Shown: positions 36,816 to 45,656 of the stretch, piece after piece
Position numbering within the stretch: the first letter of the stretch is position 1
Layout: every line of letters starts with the position of its first letter
DNA from: an uncultured Gammaproteobacteria bacterium
GTDB taxonomy: Bacteria > Patescibacteriota > Patescibacteriia > CAZSQN01
NCBI GenBank assembly: GCA_964609095.1
Contig: CAZSQN010000001.1
Span: 214,117-278,116, forward strand
Length of the DNA: 64,000 bases
Direction of reading: 5' to 3'
Notes under the pieces: model-generated
Database searches by the model: none
Seen by the model: only the letters and a program-made list of their open reading frames with translations
Told to the model about the DNA's origin: nothing
Translations under genes and position numbers: made by a program

Positions 36816-37222
36816 TATTTTTGGAGCCCCTTTATCCATCCTCCAAGCATTTTGCCGATTTCGTTTAAATGCTCCGAAAGCATAATGTATTTTTTGTTGT
36901 CTATATTTTTTAGCTCCCAAGCGATCTGAAGAAAGAATTTTAGCAAATTCAATTTTCCGCTTGCCTTATACAACAACGGCAATTTTTGTTCTTTGCTTAA
37001 AGAGCCGGAGATGAACAAGAGTTCTAAAATATCAAGAAAACAAAGTTCAATTTTTGTTCCCAGCGCGTATTTTGATTTTTTAGGAAGATGATTTTTAAAT
37101 TCATCCCAAAGCTTATATACCGAGACAAATCTTTGGATTATCGGTAGTGTGTGTGTGTGTGTGTGTGTGTGTGGAAGCTTTTTCTCTGATTCGTTTATAT
37201 TATGAAAATCCAATTGAGCCAT
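36815..37222 (-). CDS. avd: Avd-like accessory variability determinant (four-helix-bundle protein), encoded divergently to the RT. The N-terminal region contains a (HT)n stretch encoded by the (GT)13 microsatellite
   Basis: C-terminal EHLNEIGKMLGGWIKGLQK and internal KSKYALGTKIELCFLDILELL match the four-helix-bundle/Avd family as I recall it. 135 aa from the ATG at 37222, which overlaps the RT start by 21 nt on the other strand. Confidence 0.55.
   Translation of the reverse strand: MAQLDFHNINESEKKLPHTHTHTHTLPIIQRFVSVYKLWDEFKNHLPKKSKYALGTKIELCFLDILELLFISGSLSKEQKLPLLYKASGKLNLLKFFLQIAWELKNIDNKKYIMLSEHLNEIGKMLGGWIKGLQK
37147..37172. repeat. (GT)13 dinucleotide microsatellite
   Basis: tgtgtgtgtgtgtgtgtgtgtgtgtg, 30 nt upstream of the RT start codon and inside the avd 5' coding region. 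Confidence 0.95.
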
Positions 37223-38224
37223 AAGTTTGAAGATATAATTAGTATTGATAATCTGTTGGAAGCCTGGAAAGAGTTTGCGAAAGGGAAGAAGGGCAAGCGT
37301 GATGTTCAGGAGTTTTCTTTTCGTTTGATGGATAACATTCTGGCTTTAAACGCCGAACTTTTTAATCATACCTATTGCCATGGCGGGTATCAAGCATTTA
37401 ACATTTCCGACCCCAAGCCGAGGAATATCCATAAAGCCAGCGTGAGAGACCGTCTTTTGCACCATGCCATTTACAGAATTTTATATCCTTTTTTTGATAA
37501 AACCTTTATCAGCGATTCTTATTCGTGCCGGATTGATAAGGGAACGCACAAGGCCTTAAACCGTTTCCGTTCATTCGCTTATAAAGCCGGCAGAAACAAG
37601 ACCGGAACCTGTTGGGTATTAAAGTGCGATATCAGGAAGTTCTTTGCCAATATTAACCATGAGATTTTGCTAAACATCCTTAAGAGCTATATTCCGGACA
37701 AAGATATTCTATGGCTGCTCAATGAGATTATAGGGAGTTTTCATTCTTTCTCGCATGGTATTGGATTGCCGCTCGGCAACCTTACCTCCCAACTGCTTGT
37801 TAATATCTATATGAATGAGTTTGACCAGTTCGCGAAGCATAAGCTCAAAGTCAAATACTATATCCGCTATGCCGATGATTTTGCGATTTTGTCTCCAAAC
37901 AAGAGGGAGCTTGAAGAGTTGGTGTCTCAAATCGCTTTGTTTTTGGGCGAACGGCTAAAACTAACTCTTCATCCAAACAAGACCTTTATTAAAACTTTGG
38001 CTTCGGGCGTTGATTTTCTGGGTTGGGTGCATTTTAGCGACCATAGAGTGCTCCGAACCGCGACTAAGAGGAGGGTGATTGCCATGCTGAGGGAACACCC
38101 GGCTAAAGAAACCCGAGCTTCGTATCTCGGATTATTGAGTCATGGGAATACGAATCTCATTAAAGCAAAGATTTTGGATAAAAGAGATTTTTTGGACTTT
38201 ACGACTGATTTTATAGTAAAGTAA
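37202..38224 (+). CDS. DGR-type reverse transcriptase
   Basis: RT motifs including LPLGNLTSQ (the DGR-typical LGxxxSQ) and YADDF (YxDD); ~340 aa, no maturase/endonuclease extension; adjacent to the TR. Confidence 0.8.
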   Translation: MKIQLSHKFEDIISIDNLLEAWKEFAKGKKGKRDVQEFSFRLMDNILALNAELFNHTYCHGGYQAFNISDPKPRNIHKASVRDRLLHHAIYRILYPFFDKTFISDSYSCRIDKGTHKALNRFRSFAYKAGRNKTGTCWVLKCDIRKFFANINHEILLNILKSYIPDKDILWLLNEIIGSFHSFSHGIGLPLGNLTSQLLVNIYMNEFDQFAKHKLKVKYYIRYADDFAILSPNKRELEELVSQIALFLGERLKLTLHPNKTFIKTLASGVDFLGWVHFSDHRVLRTATKRRVIAMLREHPAKETRASYLGLLSHGNTNLIKAKILDKRDFLDFTTDFIVK

Positions 38225-38230
38225 AAAGGT

Positions 38231-39583
38231 ATGAAATTCCCTGTTTCCATATTTAAGGCCTACGACATAAGAGGCGAGTCGCCGGGCGAGATTACTTCAG
38301 AATTTGCCGAGCGGTTAGGCCGGGCGTTTCCTCATTTTACGGACGCCAAAACGGTTGTGGTTGGCCGCGACGCGCGCAAGACATCGCCGGAATTGGCAGA
38401 CGCGCTTATAAAAGGAATAATCTCGCAGGGCGTGGATGTGATTGATATTGGTATGGTTTCCACTCCCATGTTTTATTTTGCGGTCGGTGAATACGAGCTA
38501 CATGATGCCGGCATTATGGTGACGGCCTCGCATAATCCGGCAAAGTACAACGGGTTCAAGCTGGTGCGCGGTGACGCTTTTCCCATAGGCGCCAATTCCG
38601 GAATGTATGAGTTGCGGGATTTGGTCACCTCCGACGCCGAATTTCCGAACCAAAAAATCGGGAATGTTGTGGAGACGGATATTTCCGAAGCGTATTTGGA
38701 AAAGATTTTTTCTTTGGTTGATCCGGAGACATTAAAACAATTTAATTTGGCAATTGATAACGGCAACGGCATGGGCGGCGTTATCCTGCCGCGCTTGCTT
38801 AAAGCCATACCCGGATGGAACTCAGTTTTGTATATGGAGCCGGACGGCAATTTTCCAAACCACGAGGCCAATCCTTTGAAAGAAGAAACCCTTGACGATC
38901 TAAAAAAATTGATAAAAGAAAAAAAATCCGATCTGGGCGCGGCTTTTGACGGAGACGCTGACAGAATAGGATTTGTTGACGAGAACGGAGCAATCGTGTC
39001 TGGAGATTTGATTACCGGCATACTGGCGGCGCGAATTTTGGAAGAGCATCCCGGCAGTCCCGTCCTCTACGATGTTCGTTCCAGCTGGGCGACCAAAGAA
39101 GCGATTCTCGTGGCTGGCGGAAAGCCAATAATGTGTCCAGTGGGACACGCGCTGGTTAAAAAGATGCTCCGCGATACCGGCGCGGCCTTTGGCGGAGAAG
39201 TATCCATGCATTATTACTTCCGTGATTTTTACAATGGAATGGAGTCGTCTGACCTCGCGTTTTTGATTTTGCTTTCCATTTTAACTGATGCGGGCAAAAC
39301 GCTTTCCGAACTTGTCGCGCCGCATCGGAAATATTTCCATTCCGGGGAAATAAATTTTAAAGTGGAAGACAAAGAAGGAAAGTTTAAGGAGATTGAGGAA
39401 AAATATAAAAGCGGCGCCAAAGAGATTATCCGCATTGACGGAATACGAATGGAATTTAACGATTGGTGGCTTAATTTGCGCGCGTCCAATACCGAACCGC
39501 TGATGCGGCTCAATTTGGAGGCAAAATCAGAAAGCAAGATGCGTGAAATGAAAGAGGAAATAAGCAATTTATTAAGGGTATAG
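38231..39583 (+). CDS. Phosphoglucomutase/phosphomannomutase family protein
   Basis: Active-site TASHNP(A) (phosphoserine loop), Mg-binding DGDADR, ~450 aa. Confidence 0.75.
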   Translation: MKFPVSIFKAYDIRGESPGEITSEFAERLGRAFPHFTDAKTVVVGRDARKTSPELADALIKGIISQGVDVIDIGMVSTPMFYFAVGEYELHDAGIMVTASHNPAKYNGFKLVRGDAFPIGANSGMYELRDLVTSDAEFPNQKIGNVVETDISEAYLEKIFSLVDPETLKQFNLAIDNGNGMGGVILPRLLKAIPGWNSVLYMEPDGNFPNHEANPLKEETLDDLKKLIKEKKSDLGAAFDGDADRIGFVDENGAIVSGDLITGILAARILEEHPGSPVLYDVRSSWATKEAILVAGGKPIMCPVGHALVKKMLRDTGAAFGGEVSMHYYFRDFYNGMESSDLAFLILLSILTDAGKTLSELVAPHRKYFHSGEINFKVEDKEGKFKEIEEKYKSGAKEIIRIDGIRMEFNDWWLNLRASNTEPLMRLNLEAKSESKMREMKEEISNLLRV

Positions 39584-39643
39584 GGGATAGGGTAGAGGGT
39601 ATAGAAACTACTAAACCCTAAACCCTAAACCCTAAACCCTAAA
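39576..39643 (+). repeat. Heptamer-repeat leader element, CCCTAAA class (copy C), overlapping the PGM stop codon and ending at the murI ATG
   Basis: GGGTATAGGGGATAGGGTAGAGGGTATAGAAACTACTAAACCCTAAACCCTAAACCCTAAATTG-ATG. Confidence 0.8.
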
Positions 39644-40429
39644 TTGATGATTGGCGTTTTTGATTCCGGCATCGGCGGCCTGACAGTGCTAAAAGCTCTC
39701 CGGGAAAAATTGCCGGAGTATTCTTTTATATACTTTGGCGACACTGCCCGAACCCCTTATGGCAGTAAAAGTCCGGAAACAGTGGTGCGCTATGGACGCG
39801 AAGACGCAGCTTTGTTATTGAAAGAGGGGGTAAAACTGATAGTTATCGCTTGCAACACTGTTTCCGCGCTTGCTTATCAGGTATTAAAGCAAGAATTTAA
39901 TCTGCCTATTTTTGAAGTGGTTAATCCGGCCGTGAGAGAGGCAATTAAAATGACCAAATCCGGCCGAGTCGGCGTCATTGGCACAAGAGCGACCATTGGG
40001 AGCGGTGCGTATCAAGAATTACTGAAAGCAAATTCGGTTGTGACGGAAGTTTGCGGCCTTGCCTGTCCGCTCTTTGTCCCGCTAGTTGAGGAGGGGTGGG
40101 AGAGGGAGGAAGAGGCGGCCGCGATTGTCAAAAAGTCGCTTTATCCGCTAAAATTAAGAGGAATTGACACTTTGATTTTGGGCTGTACGCATTATCCGGT
40201 TTTGCGCTCCGCGATTGAAGAATTTATGGGGCCGGAGGTGCGTTTGATTGATTCCGCTGATGCCGTGGCTCAAGAGGTATCAGAATTTTTGGCCGCTAAT
40301 GCCCAATTGGATAGTTTGATGAAAAAACAAGGGGATATTAGGATTTTGGTCAGCGACAAAACCGAACAAATGGAAAAAGCCGCCGCTTCTTGGCTTGGCG
40401 ATTTAAAAATTGAACAGATTACAACATGA
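39644..40429 (+). CDS. murI: Glutamate racemase
   Basis: FDSGIGGLTV, IACNTVSA and GCTHYP motifs. Confidence 0.85.
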   Translation: MMIGVFDSGIGGLTVLKALREKLPEYSFIYFGDTARTPYGSKSPETVVRYGREDAALLLKEGVKLIVIACNTVSALAYQVLKQEFNLPIFEVVNPAVREAIKMTKSGRVGVIGTRATIGSGAYQELLKANSVVTEVCGLACPLFVPLVEEGWEREEEAAAIVKKSLYPLKLRGIDTLILGCTHYPVLRSAIEEFMGPEVRLIDSADAVAQEVSEFLAANAQLDSLMKKQGDIRILVSDKTEQMEKAAASWLGDLKIEQITT

Positions 40430-41520
40430 GCATTGTTACTATTTTAATTTTTCTTGCCGTTTTGTCTCTTTTGGTTTTTGTCCATGAGTTTGGCCATTTT
40501 ATCACTGCCAAACGCGCCGGCGTCAAAGTGGAAGAGTTTGGATTCGGGTTTCCTCCGTGCGCTTTTGGCATTAAAAAAGGAGGCACGGTTTATTCCATAA
40601 ATTGGCTGCCGCTGGGAGGTTTTGTGAAAATCAAGGGCGAGAGCGGGCAGGATTGGGAAGATAAAGACAGTTTTTCCAATAAAAAAATTTGGAAAAGAAT
40701 GTTGATTGTCGGAGCGGGCGTTTTAATGAATGTTTTTCTTACCGCCGTTCTTCTTGCTATCGGCGCCGGAGCGGGTATGCCGCGAGTGGTGCCGGAAGAG
40801 GACAGGTTTGCGCGGGTTAAAGACGATTCCATTGAAGTGGTCTCGGTGCTTTCCAACTCTCCGGCCGAGAAGGCGGGTATAATGGAGGGCGATGCGGTGG
40901 CGGCCATTGACGGCGTTTCTTTTGGAAAAATTGAGGAAGCGCGCGCTTATATCGCTTCAAAGGAAGAGGTTCAGATTAAAATCAAGCGCGAGGAGCTGGA
41001 ACTTGTTAAGTCCATTAAAACGGAAGAACTGAAAGAGGCGGGAAGGCGGGGGATCGGAGTCGCGCTTTTGCATACCGGCATTGTAAGCTATCCTTGGTAC
41101 ATAGCCCCGCTTAAAGGCATTGAAGAAACGGGGATTTATATCAGAGAAATATCTTTTGCCTTTGGACGGATAATCGGAGATATGTTTGTCGGACGGCCGG
41201 TTTCCGTGGATTTGCAGGGGCCGGTGGGCATAGCCGTGCTTACCGGTAGGGTGGCCCGTCTCGGTTTTGTTTATCTTCTGCAGTTTACCGCGCTTCTTTC
41301 CATCAATCTGGCTTTTATAAATATATTTCCGTTTCCGGCGCTTGACGGGGGCAGAATATTATTTTTGGCCATTGAGGGAATCAGGAAGAAGCCGGTGCCT
41401 AAAAAAGTGGAAGCAATGATCCATAACATAGGATTTATTTTGCTTATAACTCTCGTGATTATTGTGACTTTTAGAGACATATTGAGATATGGAGGCGGAT
41501 TTTTGGACAGATTTAATTAA
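40426..41520 (+). CDS. rseP: RseP-like site-2 protease (M50 zinc metalloprotease with PDZ domain)
   Basis: HEFGHF (HExxH), central PDZ-like region, C-terminal LDGG motif, 4 TM helices. Confidence 0.75.
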   Translation: MSIVTILIFLAVLSLLVFVHEFGHFITAKRAGVKVEEFGFGFPPCAFGIKKGGTVYSINWLPLGGFVKIKGESGQDWEDKDSFSNKKIWKRMLIVGAGVLMNVFLTAVLLAIGAGAGMPRVVPEEDRFARVKDDSIEVVSVLSNSPAEKAGIMEGDAVAAIDGVSFGKIEEARAYIASKEEVQIKIKREELELVKSIKTEELKEAGRRGIGVALLHTGIVSYPWYIAPLKGIEETGIYIREISFAFGRIIGDMFVGRPVSVDLQGPVGIAVLTGRVARLGFVYLLQFTALLSINLAFINIFPFPALDGGRILFLAIEGIRKKPVPKKVEAMIHNIGFILLITLVIIVTFRDILRYGGGFLDRFN

Positions 41521-41583
41521 TTTCAAATTTATGATTTCAAATTTCAGAATTTTGAAATCAACAATCTGAAATCTGAAATTAAA
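41521..41583 (+). repeat. Heptamer-repeat leader element, CTGAAAT/TTTCAAA class, spanning the rseP stop to the pheS ATG
   Basis: tttcaaatttatgatttcaaatttcagaattttgaaatcaacaatctgaaatctgaaattaaa-ATG; arms are imperfect complements. Confidence 0.75.
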
Positions 41584-42645
41584 ATGATGGAAGCAGAACT
41601 AAAAAATCTAAAAGATAAATCTATTGCCGAGCTTGGCGGCTTAAAGAGCACGGCCGAACTTGGAGATTTTGAAATCCGCGTTTTGGGCCGCAAAGGCGAG
41701 CTTACAATGCTGCTTCGCGGGCTTTCCGCTTTAAGCGCGGAGGAGCGGCCAAAAGCCGGAGCGTTGGCCAATGAAATAAAAAAAGAAATTGAAGCGGCGC
41801 TGAATGATAAAAAATCCAAATTGCGGGAGAAAATATTGGGCAATTTAGCCGAATCAGAATGGATAGACACGAGTTTGCCCGGAGAGCGTTTGCCTAACGG
41901 CTCGCTCCATCTTGTCACCCGCGCCATAAGAGAAATCACGGATATTTTTTCGCGCATCGGTTTTACGCGGGTGCGATACCCGGAAGTTGAATGGGATTAT
42001 TACGCTTTTGAGGCGTTGAATATGCCAGAGGGGCACCCGGCGCGCGACGAATGGGAGACGTTTTTTATTGACGCTCCGGCGCATTCTAAATGGGGAAAGA
42101 TGATTTTAACCCCGCATACCTCCTCCGGGCAGGTGCGCGAGATGGAACGGAAAGAGCTGCCGATTCGGATGATAAATATTGGCAAAACATATCGCCGCCA
42201 ATCCGATATTTCTCACGTGCCGATGTTCCACCAGTTTGAAGGGCTTTTTATTGACAAAGACGTTTCCGTGGCCAATTTAAAAGGCGTGCTTGATTATTTT
42301 GTGCGAGAGTTTTTTGGAAAAGAACGCAAAATCCGTCTGCGCCCGTTTCATTTTCGTTTTACCGAGCCAAGTTTTGAGATTGACATTTCCTGCGGGGTTT
42401 GCGGAGGAGGAGGCAAGGTGGAAGGAATCCGCTGCCGGCTCTGCAAAGAAGGATGGCTGGAGCTTGGAGGAGCCGGGATGGTGCATCCGAATGTTTTGAA
42501 AGCGGGCAAAATTGACCCTAAAAAATGGAGCGGGTTTGCTTTCGGCTGGGGAGTGGAGAGGACGGCGATGATGCGAAGCGGAGTAAAAATAGATGATGTG
42601 AGGATTTTGTACGAAAATGATTTGAGATTTTTGAAACAATTTTAA
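41584..42645 (+). CDS. pheS: Phenylalanine--tRNA ligase alpha subunit
   Basis: Class II aaRS motifs (FRFTEPSFEID, GAGMVHPNVL), ~353 aa, followed by pheT. Confidence 0.85.
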   Translation: MMEAELKNLKDKSIAELGGLKSTAELGDFEIRVLGRKGELTMLLRGLSALSAEERPKAGALANEIKKEIEAALNDKKSKLREKILGNLAESEWIDTSLPGERLPNGSLHLVTRAIREITDIFSRIGFTRVRYPEVEWDYYAFEALNMPEGHPARDEWETFFIDAPAHSKWGKMILTPHTSSGQVREMERKELPIRMINIGKTYRRQSDISHVPMFHQFEGLFIDKDVSVANLKGVLDYFVREFFGKERKIRLRPFHFRFTEPSFEIDISCGVCGGGGKVEGIRCRLCKEGWLELGGAGMVHPNVLKAGKIDPKKWSGFAFGWGVERTAMMRSGVKIDDVRILYENDLRFLKQF

Positions 42646-42646
42646 T

Positions 42647-42979
42647 ATGCCGGTGATTTATATCTTTTTAGCCCAGCTCATATACAGCCTTTCCGACTTG
42701 GGAAAGAAGATTATTTTAAATAAAGCCGGTTTCGGATGGGGATTGCTCACAAACGCGGCATTCCTGGCCATAACTGCGGTTTCGGTCATTGGATTTGCCC
42801 TGCAGATGTTCGCGCTTTCCCGCTACGACCTTTCGCGCACCATAATATTGCTCGGGGTTTTCGCGGTGCTTATTTCAAGCGTTTTGGGCGTATTGGTTTT
42901 ACACGAAAGGTTGTCGCCAATAAATTATCTTGGTTTAGGTTTTGCTGTTATAGCGATTGTGCTGGTGCAATTAAAATAG
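42647..42979 (+). CDS. Small 4-TM membrane protein (EamA/SMR-like half-transporter topology)
   Basis: 110 aa, four hydrophobic helices. Confidence 0.4.
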   Translation: MPVIYIFLAQLIYSLSDLGKKIILNKAGFGWGLLTNAAFLAITAVSVIGFALQMFALSRYDLSRTIILLGVFAVLISSVLGVLVLHERLSPINYLGLGFAVIAIVLVQLK

Positions 42980-42980
42980 A

Positions 42981-43059
42981 TGAATTTGGAATCTGGAATC
43001 TTGAATTTTGATTTAATTAAATTCTAGATTCTAATTTCTAAATTCTAGATTCTTGAAAG
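42981..43059 (+). repeat. Heptamer-repeat leader element, ATTCTAA/GGAATNT class, upstream of pheT
   Basis: gaatttggaatctggaatcttgaattttgatttaattaaattctagattctaatttctaaattctagattcttgaaag-ATG. Confidence 0.75.
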
Positions 43060-45501
43060 ATGAATATCAACATTTCTTACAACTGGCTTAAAGAGTATCT
43101 TTCGACGAAAAAATCGCCGGCAGATTTGGCGCGCCTGCTCTCTCTTTCCGGCCCATCGGTTGAGAGAATCCATCATTTTGGGAGCGAATGGGATAAAATC
43201 GTGGTTGGCAAGGTTTTGGAGATTAAACCGCATCCCAACGCGGATAAATTAAGAATTGCGATTACTGATATTGGCAGTAGAAAAATGGAGATTGTCTGCG
43301 GCGGAACAAATCTTCAAAAAGAAATGAAGGTGGCGGTGGCGCTCTCCGGCGCTCGCGTGCGCTGGCACGGAGAAGGGGAATTGATTGAGCTTAAGCCAAC
43401 GGAAATCCGCGGCGTAAAGTCCGAGGCCATGATCGCGGCCGCCAATGAAATAGGATTATTTGAGCTTTTTCCGCACAAAGAAAGGGAAGTGATGGATTTA
43501 AGCGGACTAAAGGCAAAACCCGGCGCGGCCCTGACTCTTGCTTTGGGTCTTGAAGATTATGTTTATGACACGGAAGTGACCACCAACAGGCCGGACCTTT
43601 TGGGGATAATCGGCTTTGCCCGCGAGGCCAGCGCCATCACGCGCGAGAAATTTGACGAGAAAAAGATTTTGTCTTTGGAAAAATATCCCAAGCCGGGTTT
43701 AAAAGACGCGATTGCGGTTAAGGTCTTGGATAAGAGACATTGTCCGCGCTACACGGCCGCGGTTGTGCGTGGCGTAAAAGTTGGTCCGTCTCCTTTGTGG
43801 ATGAGGATTCGTCTTGCCCGCGCCGGCATAAGACCGATTTCAAATATCGTTGACATTACAAATTATGTGATGCTGGAGATGGGAGAGCCAATGCACGCGT
43901 TTGATTTAAAAAAGCTTAACGGCGGCATTGTTGCGCGCAAAGCCCGCGCCGGAGAAAAGATTAAAGTTTTAAATGGGGCCGATTATAAGCTTTCCGATGA
44001 AACATTAGTTATTGCCGACGCGGAAAAACCCATTGCCATTGCCGGCATTATGGGCGGAGCGGAAACCGGAGTCAGCGGTGAAACAACCGACATTGTTTTG
44101 GAAGCGGCGACTTTTGATCCTGTGAGTATCAGGAGGAGTTCGCGTTTATTAAATCTCCGAAGCGAGTCGTCATTGCGGTTTGAAAAGGGTCTCTCAACCG
44201 ACTTGCCGCACCGCGCGTTGGCTAGAGCTCTTCAGCTTGTGCTGGAGATTGCCGGCGGAACTTGTGGGCCGATGTCTGACATTCGTTCCGCGGTTTATAA
44301 ACCGTTCAAATTTTCCATAGGCGTGGAAGAAGCGCAAAGGTTAATCGGCGCTCCCATTGCCGTCGGAGAGATGAAACGGATTTTGACCTCATTGGGCTTT
44401 AAGCTACAAGCTACAAGCTACCCCGCACCAGAACAAGTTCGGTACGGGGCAGGCAAGCTACAAGCTCGTGTGCCCTATTTCCGCGACCACGATATTGAAT
44501 CTGGACGGGATTTGGCAGAGGAAGTGGCGCGCGTTTACGGCTATCATAAACTTCCGTCAGTTCTGCCTGAAGGCAAAATCCCGTTGCGCGAGCGCCCCGA
44601 TGAACTTATTTGGGAGGACAAAATTAAAGAAGCGCTGGCCGGAGCGGGAGGAACAGAAATAATCACTTATTCTTTCACCTCGGCGGGCGCGATGAGAAAA
44701 GTTGATTTTGATGAAAAAAGCGCAACGCGCATTGCCAATCCTCTGACTTCTGATTTTGAATATATGCGGACTAGTTTAATCCCGTCGGCCCTGGAAGTTG
44801 TGTCAAAAAATCAGGAAAATTTTCCAACGGTGAAACTTTTTGAAATCGCCAATACTTATCATCCGCGGAAAAATGATTTGCCGGAAGAGTCGCCAAATCT
44901 TCTTGTGGCCGTTTCCGCAAAGAAAAATGAGCCCTCGCCTTACTACACGGTAAAAGGAATACTGGAATTGGTTTCTTGCAGGTTGGGGTTAGATTTTGAT
45001 TTTGAAAATAAATGTCTCCAAGCCGAACTTTGGCATCGGGGAAGGAGCGTTTGTGTTAGAAATAACGGGAAGATTGTCGGCGCCATGGGCGAACTGCATC
45101 CAAAAGTTCTTGCCAATTTTGGCATAGAACATCGGCTGGCCGCGCTTGAACTTCATCTTGGCGAGCTCTATGGGGCAATGAGAGAGATTGGCGCATATAT
45201 TCCGGTTCCGGAGTTTCCGGCCGCAAAAAGGGACGTTTCTTTCATTATTTCCGAGCGTACGCCGTATGAAGAGGTTGTAAAAATAATGAAGGCGGCGGAT
45301 AAACTGATTGTTGGCGCGGAGCTTTTTGATATTTTCACTGGCCCCTCAACTGCGCTCGGGGCGGGCAAAAAGAGCATGGCGTTTCATATAACCTATCAAT
45401 CAAAAGAACGGACGCTTTCTTCGGAAGAGGTGGAAGCGGCGCACAAAAGATTGGCTGATATGCTTAAATTGAAGATTAGAGCGGAAGTGAGAAAGGGTTA
45501 A
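43060..45501 (+). CDS. pheT: Phenylalanine--tRNA ligase beta subunit, with an in-frame palindromic repeat insertion in the B5-like region
   Basis: tRNA-binding N-terminus, B3/4, B5 and anticodon-binding C-terminus recognisable. The conserved LGF...VPYFR...DLAEEVARVYGY block is interrupted by ATSYPAPEQVRYGAGKLQ, encoded by the element at 44401-44468. Confidence 0.85.
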   Translation: MNINISYNWLKEYLSTKKSPADLARLLSLSGPSVERIHHFGSEWDKIVVGKVLEIKPHPNADKLRIAITDIGSRKMEIVCGGTNLQKEMKVAVALSGARVRWHGEGELIELKPTEIRGVKSEAMIAAANEIGLFELFPHKEREVMDLSGLKAKPGAALTLALGLEDYVYDTEVTTNRPDLLGIIGFAREASAITREKFDEKKILSLEKYPKPGLKDAIAVKVLDKRHCPRYTAAVVRGVKVGPSPLWMRIRLARAGIRPISNIVDITNYVMLEMGEPMHAFDLKKLNGGIVARKARAGEKIKVLNGADYKLSDETLVIADAEKPIAIAGIMGGAETGVSGETTDIVLEAATFDPVSIRRSSRLLNLRSESSLRFEKGLSTDLPHRALARALQLVLEIAGGTCGPMSDIRSAVYKPFKFSIGVEEAQRLIGAPIAVGEMKRILTSLGFKLQATSYPAPEQVRYGAGKLQARVPYFRDHDIESGRDLAEEVARVYGYHKLPSVLPEGKIPLRERPDELIWEDKIKEALAGAGGTEIITYSFTSAGAMRKVDFDEKSATRIANPLTSDFEYMRTSLIPSALEVVSKNQENFPTVKLFEIANTYHPRKNDLPEESPNLLVAVSAKKNEPSPYYTVKGILELVSCRLGLDFDFENKCLQAELWHRGRSVCVRNNGKIVGAMGELHPKVLANFGIEHRLAALELHLGELYGAMREIGAYIPVPEFPAAKRDVSFIISERTPYEEVVKIMKAADKLIVGAELFDIFTGPSTALGAGKKSMAFHITYQSKERTLSSEEVEAAHKRLADMLKLKIRAEVRKG
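44401..44468. repeat. Palindromic heptamer-repeat element inside pheT: (AAGCTAC)x2-3, a ccccg...cgggg hairpin, then (CAAGCTA)x2
   Basis: aagctacaagctacaagctaccccgcaccagaacaagttcggtacggggcaggcaagctacaagct; duplicated KLQA codons flank it. Confidence 0.7.
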
Positions 45502-45542
45502 GGGGTTGATTTACATATTTAAGTTTTTGTTTGTTTAAACAT

Positions 45543-45570
45543 AAAAATGGCTTAAATCGGCCATTTTTAT
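45543..45570 (+). terminator. Rho-independent terminator after pheT (aaaaatggc-ttaaatc-gccattttt)
   Basis: Seen directly. Confidence 0.55.
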
Positions 45571-45656
45571 TTATCCCCTTAAAATTGGCCTTTTCCATAT
45601 CCACATTTTTTGAATTTTGATATAATAAAGACATAATAATTAAGTGAGAAGATATG

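Larger units (their letters stand above)
35783..38224 (+). mobile_element. Diversity-generating retroelement (DGR) cassette: target gene with VR, then TR, then a divergent avd-like gene, then the RT
   Basis: See the component features. VR and TR are ~129 bp at a constant offset of 481 bp; all 21 mismatches fall on TR adenines. Confidence 0.8.

Noticed and set aside
36552-36929. ORFs 36624..36929 (+) and 36552..36920 (-) between the DGR target and the RT
   Set aside because: These are translations of the DGR template repeat and its reverse strand; the TR is a non-coding RNA template, not a gene.
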